Assembly: GCA_051942205.1 (NCBI GenBank)
Contig: JAVECO010000026.1
Location: forward strand, 124,001-161,525
Reading direction: 5' to 3'
Origin: Coniocarpon cinnabarinum
Lineage: Eukaryota
DNA: 37,525 bases
Shown here: positions 32,974 through 37,525 of the stretch, one piece after another
How the letters are laid out: each line of letters starts with the position of its first letter
Numbering within the stretch: the stretch's first letter is position 1
Translations under genes and position numbers: made by a program
The notes under the pieces: model-generated
Seen by the model: the letters and a program-made list of their open reading frames with translations, nothing else
Told to the model about the DNA's origin: nothing
Databases searched by the model: none

Positions 32974-35900
32974 ATGCTGCAAAGCCTTGTTCAAAAGGCG
33001 TCCAACTTCATCGAGACAAATGACTTGTTCCCCCGCGATGCATTCTCCACCGACCGCAAATCCTCCAAAGCAGCATTGTTCAGACATCAGTTCCGTCTAC
33101 CAGACACGCAGAATCCGAAAGACGAAATCAGCGCTCAGCTGATCCTTCATGCACCTCGATACCCAACCACCAGCGAGAAGGACATACCTCAACGACCTAC
33201 TGCCCACTATGAAGGCCGATTGCACATTAGCGAGCAGTTTCTGTGCTTTTCGACCAAAGCCTCGAGTTTTCTGCCGACATCGAGCTTGAGTGCGTCGAGT
33301 GCTTTTACAGGTCAGACTTACGGGAGTGGTCCGATCGGAAATGGCTTTACTTTGCCGTTGTGTACGATCCGGCGAGTTGAGAGGCTCAATAGCAATCATC
33401 TTCAGTTTGCGCTGTCCATGACAACGTGGAATGGTATCAACGACACCAAGATACCGCCGCGCAAGTTCACGCTGGATCTCGTGGGCAGTCAACAACAATG
33501 CGAACGCTTTTGCGATGGACTCAAGAGGGGATTGCGATCGGCAATGAAAGAGATGGCTAACTTGCGGGCAGTGTCGCAGCAATGTTATTCAGAATATTTG
33601 CTTGCAACTGAAGGTGCCAAAGACGCCAAGTCGGGAGAGAAGGACGATAAACCGGACATCAATCCGCCTGACGTGGGCCTGGGCACCTTGTTCAGGTATC
33701 CTGGGGACGCCCGAAAACTCCGGGATAAAAGCAAGATGCGACTGTGGCGGGAGTACATGCTTGAGAATGGACGCAATGTCACGCTCATGCGACAACCAAA
33801 CTTCCATAAGTTAATACGAGTAGGACTGCCAAACCGGCTACGTGGAGAGGTGTGGGAGCTCACATCCGGATCTCTATTCTTGAGGCTGCAGAATCCCGAG
33901 CTATACCAAGACATACTTAAAAAACACGAAGGCCAGGGATCTATGGCGATCGACGAAATCGAGAAAGATCTCAATCGAAGTCTACCAGAATATCCTGGAT
34001 TCCAAAGTGATGAAGGCATCGGTCGCCTGCGAAGAGTTCTCACGGCATACTCCTGGGTCAATGAATCAGTTGGCTATTGTCAAGCTATGAACATTGTTGT
34101 GGCCGCACTTCTCATGTAAGATCCCTGCTGTCTACTGTCAAGATTTGTGCCTGGATGCGAGCTAACGTCGTCAGTTACATGTCAGAGAGTCAAGCGTTTT
34201 ATATACTAGCGGTCTTGTGTGACCGATTGCTACCTGGTTATTACTCCACGACCATGTATGGGACGCTCTTGGATCAGCGCGTTTTCGAATCCCTGGTTGA
34301 GAAGACAATGCCTATTTTGTGGGAGCACTTGGTCAAATCAGATGTGCAATTGTCTGTCGTTTCTTTGCCATGGTTTCTCTCACTTTACATCAACTCCATG
34401 CCGCTCGTCTTCGCTTTTCGAGTGCTTGACATGTTCTTCCTCGAAGGTCCAAAAGTCCTCTTCCAGATTGGTCTGGCGATACTCAGAATCAACGGCGAAG
34501 AGCTTTTGGATGCGTCCGATGATGGGACGTTCATTTCGGTCTTGAAAACGTATTTCTCTAAGCTTGACGAGTCTGCACATCCCACATCGAGTAATCCAAA
34601 GTACCGCGCGATCACCAAATTTCAAGAACTGCTCGTTGTTGCTCTTCAAGAATTCTCCGGCGTGACTCAGCAGACGATCTCCGACCAACGAGCCAGACAT
34701 AAGAATGTGGTACTGGAGAACATCGAAAACTTCGCCAAGCGCACTTCTATACGCAACCTGGGCCCAGACAGCAAAGCCCTAAGCACGAACGATCTCGGCT
34801 TCCTCTACGATCGCTTCTACGGGATTCTCTATGAGCGTCAGCAACGTCAGCAGATCCGTCGGCGAGAAACCGACCTCAAGACGAAGCCTGGCGTGGTGAA
34901 AGCTAATGAAGTTGTCACGGGCGTCGCTGGGAATAACGGCATCGAGATGGGACGCGTGGGGCTTGGTCCCAGTCCCACCCAAATGGATTATGACGCGTTC
35001 AGAGAGTTCATGGCAGGCATTGCTCGATGGGCAATTTCCGACACAGCCGGTACAGGACCTAAAAAATCGTCAAGCTGGAAGGGCTCAAAGGAGACCAGCG
35101 AATGGGGCTCACATGCGGAGCCTGCGGATCATGACTTTATGCAAAGACTGTTTGGCAAGTGGGATGCAGAGCAAAAGGGCGAGCTGAGCTTGCAAAACGT
35201 TGTGTCTGGACTGGTCAAAATCAAGAGCAGAAAGGACATCATGGCCACGATTGCATACTTTTTCGAGCTCTACGATGACGATGGCGCTGGACGGGTGGAC
35301 CGTGAGGGCATTTTGAAGATGTCCGAAGGATTACTTTTTCTCTCACGGAGAGGGTTCGGTCCTCCATCGGTTCGCGATCATGGACGACGAGGCACACGAG
35401 GGTCGATGACTGAGGATATGGACGACTCTAGCGTCCTCAGCGGAGATGAGTCACTTCTGAGCGGTACTTCAGCGTTCATTCGTCGCTGCTTTGAATACGC
35501 CGATCCCGATCATGCTACATATGAGGACGCTGCGACACCAACAAACGGAGAAGATAATTCAGACCTTCAAGAGCAAAGCAGCTCCTTCACTATTGGCGAC
35601 GAGGAATCTGATCTTATCGGCTTGAATGCCGAAGCCCATGACTCGTACGAGTCACGACCACCTGCGCAGCAAGTACTGACAAAAGACAATCGCAGATCCT
35701 CGGCGAATGCCGCTCTTGACCCAAATAAACCAGTCCATATCACGCTACCAACGTTTCGTATGCTTATTCTTGCTGATGAGACCCTCGAGCGCTTTTTTGA
35801 GAGTCTGCTTCCCAATTCTTTCCACCTAGCGGATGAGCCCATGCCTGAGGCTGTAGCGAATCGCACTGGTCTCAGCGGCAGCCTGACTACCTTCTCCAAC

Positions 35901-36278
35901 CTCAAGTCGGCAATGCCCCCGGTTCCAACACATAACGTGGACGCTACTGGCCACACCACCACAGGTCCAATCGCAGGAGGCGTCGTACCGCCTGGCAATC
36001 GTGGTCTGCGTGGAATGCTAGATAACATTGTGACTGACGGCATGCGAGTAGCAGCAGAGGTACGGCGACGGATGGATGAAACCCAGAAGGAGATTGAGCG
36101 AAATGCAACTGGCACAGGTCAAGATGACGAAGACGAAGACGAAGGAGACAAGGATCTTTTAGAGGGTGCTGAAATAGAGGCCGTCGAGAGCCAGAATATT
36201 ACGGGAAAGCAGGTGGAAAATCCATCAACCTCGCTTGCGCCGGCGAGTGACGACGGAAAAGTAGAATTCGAAGCGTAG
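32974..36278 (+). CDS. GYP2: Rab/Ypt GTPase-activating protein Mdr1/Gyp2 (GRAM + TBC + EF-hand), ~1081 aa; join(32974..34115,34175..36278)
   Basis: GRAM-like region F..QFRLP...GRLHISEQFLCF; TBC Arg finger IEKDLNRS and Gln finger GYCQAMN; EF-hand FELYDDDGAGRVD. Intron GTAAGA..GCTAAC..CAG restores ALLIYMSE. Confidence 0.95.
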
Positions 36279-37214
36279 GCATTCGACTCTAGCCATAGAT
36301 GCCTTTGCAGAGGACAACGAAGACGCTGAGATGAGCATAATGACACTCAAGTTGATTTCCATTGAATGTAAGGCTCCGATTTCTATCTTCCCCGCTGGTA
36401 AAATCCACATTGGGAGCAGGAATGAAGTTGTGTAGGAGTGTTGAAATGCCACTCTGCCTCTTCATCACAATCCCGACGGCGGCATCTGTGCGGGTATGAA
36501 TCTTCTCCTCGTCAACCTGATTTGCTCCTTTGCTAACGAAGCTGCCAGCTTGGACATAGGTGTCGCCGTTTTGATAGACGCATCACTAGCGCTCGCTAAT
36601 TGTGTTTTACCCATGTCTGTGACTCCTTCAGGAGAGCTGTTGGATTCTCTTGAAGGGCTGTCCGAAGCATTACAACTGGCGGATCTGCCGGCACGAGGCG
36701 AAGGCGCCGTAAAATTTCGTATATGCACATACCTCCCATACGAATTGCATCAACCCATCTTCAATTTACCGCTACTTCCTCTCAGGACTGCCTTTACCTC
36801 CTCCCTCTTAGTACTAGTGTAAGTTTTCGACTCTCTTCGAAACCTGACGAGATACTCCACCTCTCGGTTGCAAACGGAAGGCAAGCCAATGACCGCACTT
36901 CTCTTTGTTTACTGCAATCTCAACCACCACCTCCACCTCCCGGCGCATCCACCTCTCACCTCTGCCTCGTCACGCGGTTGCCCAGTTACCAACTTTTGGC
37001 AAGCAATACTTAAGGCCCGCCTTCCCTTCTTTCTCTTCCTCTTCTTTTCTTCCTCCTCCCTCACACAACAGTTGAGCGAACTTTTGTGTGCTGGAACGAA
37101 CCCTTGCCGGACCAGCTTTGAACCAGCAAAGCAGACGACAAGCAACGTAAGTCACACCTCCCACACCCTCTGACCGGCACCGTTGTTGACACCGTCGTCG
37201 AAGCAGAGACTACA

Positions 37215-37525
37215 ATGGCTCCTGACGCGAAAGCGCAGGAGCTCTACGACACATACATGGCCAACACAGAAGGCGGTCGCCCTGGCCAGGCGCAAGATGC
37301 CGGGGGTTCGGGGGCGTCGCAAGCGCCCGCCGTCAGTGGTAGTGCCCCCTCGGGCCCTACCGCCAGCGGCGTGTTGCCTGCGGCAGCTCCCAGCCTGCCG
37401 AGCGCCGAGTTCAGCCCCTTTGCTGGCTCGGCATCCGCCTTCAGCCGGAGCGGTGCAGCCTTCGGTGCCGCCGCCTCCTCCCCGCCTCCCGCTCTCTCCC
37501 TCGCTTCCGCCGCGCCCGCCGCGCC
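37215..37525 (+). CDS. 5' part of an unidentified gene (MAPDAKAQELYDTYMANTEGG..., Ala/Pro/Ser-rich), truncated by the window end
   Basis: ACAATGG start context and an open frame to the window end; apparent 5'-UTR intron 37147..37206 (GTAAGT..CAG); pyrimidine-rich leader upstream. Confidence 0.6.
   Translation, partial: MAPDAKAQELYDTYMANTEGGRPGQAQDAGGSGASQAPAVSGSAPSGPTASGVLPAAAPSLPSAEFSPFAGSASAFSRSGAAFGAAASSPPPALSLASAAPAA

Noticed and set aside
3829..36115. Long antisense ORFs, e.g. 3829-4479, 12066-12716, 17114-17746, 20963-21625, 28996-29673 and 35567-36115
   Set aside because: Shadow frames opposite well-supported genes.

Overview
Gene-dense eukaryotic DNA from a filamentous ascomycete fungus (Pezizomycotina), judged from short GT..AG introns with CTRAY branch sites and fungus-type protein families. 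I reconstructed ten complete spliced or single-exon genes plus the 5' end of an eleventh. In order: a conserved fungal protein with two diverged copies of one uncharacterised domain; arginyl-tRNA synthetase with a probable mitochondrial presequence; a disordered Pro/Ser-rich protein; a 7-exon ALYREF/Yra1-like RRM protein; STRAP/UNRIP WD40; a ZNFX1/Hrr1/SAD-3-type RNAi helicase; a NUGGC/SLIP-GC-like dynamin-family GTPase broken by a 1-nt frameshift; an unknown single-TM protein; a MARVEL protein; the Rab-GAP Mdr1/Gyp2; and a partial ORF. A block of mini/microsatellites lies at 13.56-14.67 kb. The most striking observation is a ~250-aa acidic, low-complexity segment in the RNAi helicase with 15 tryptophans, many exactly 10 residues apart, which resembles an Argonaute-hook platform. 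No tRNA, rRNA, CRISPR array or intact transposon was recognised. All exon models were made by eye and family calls come from recalled motifs, not database searches.
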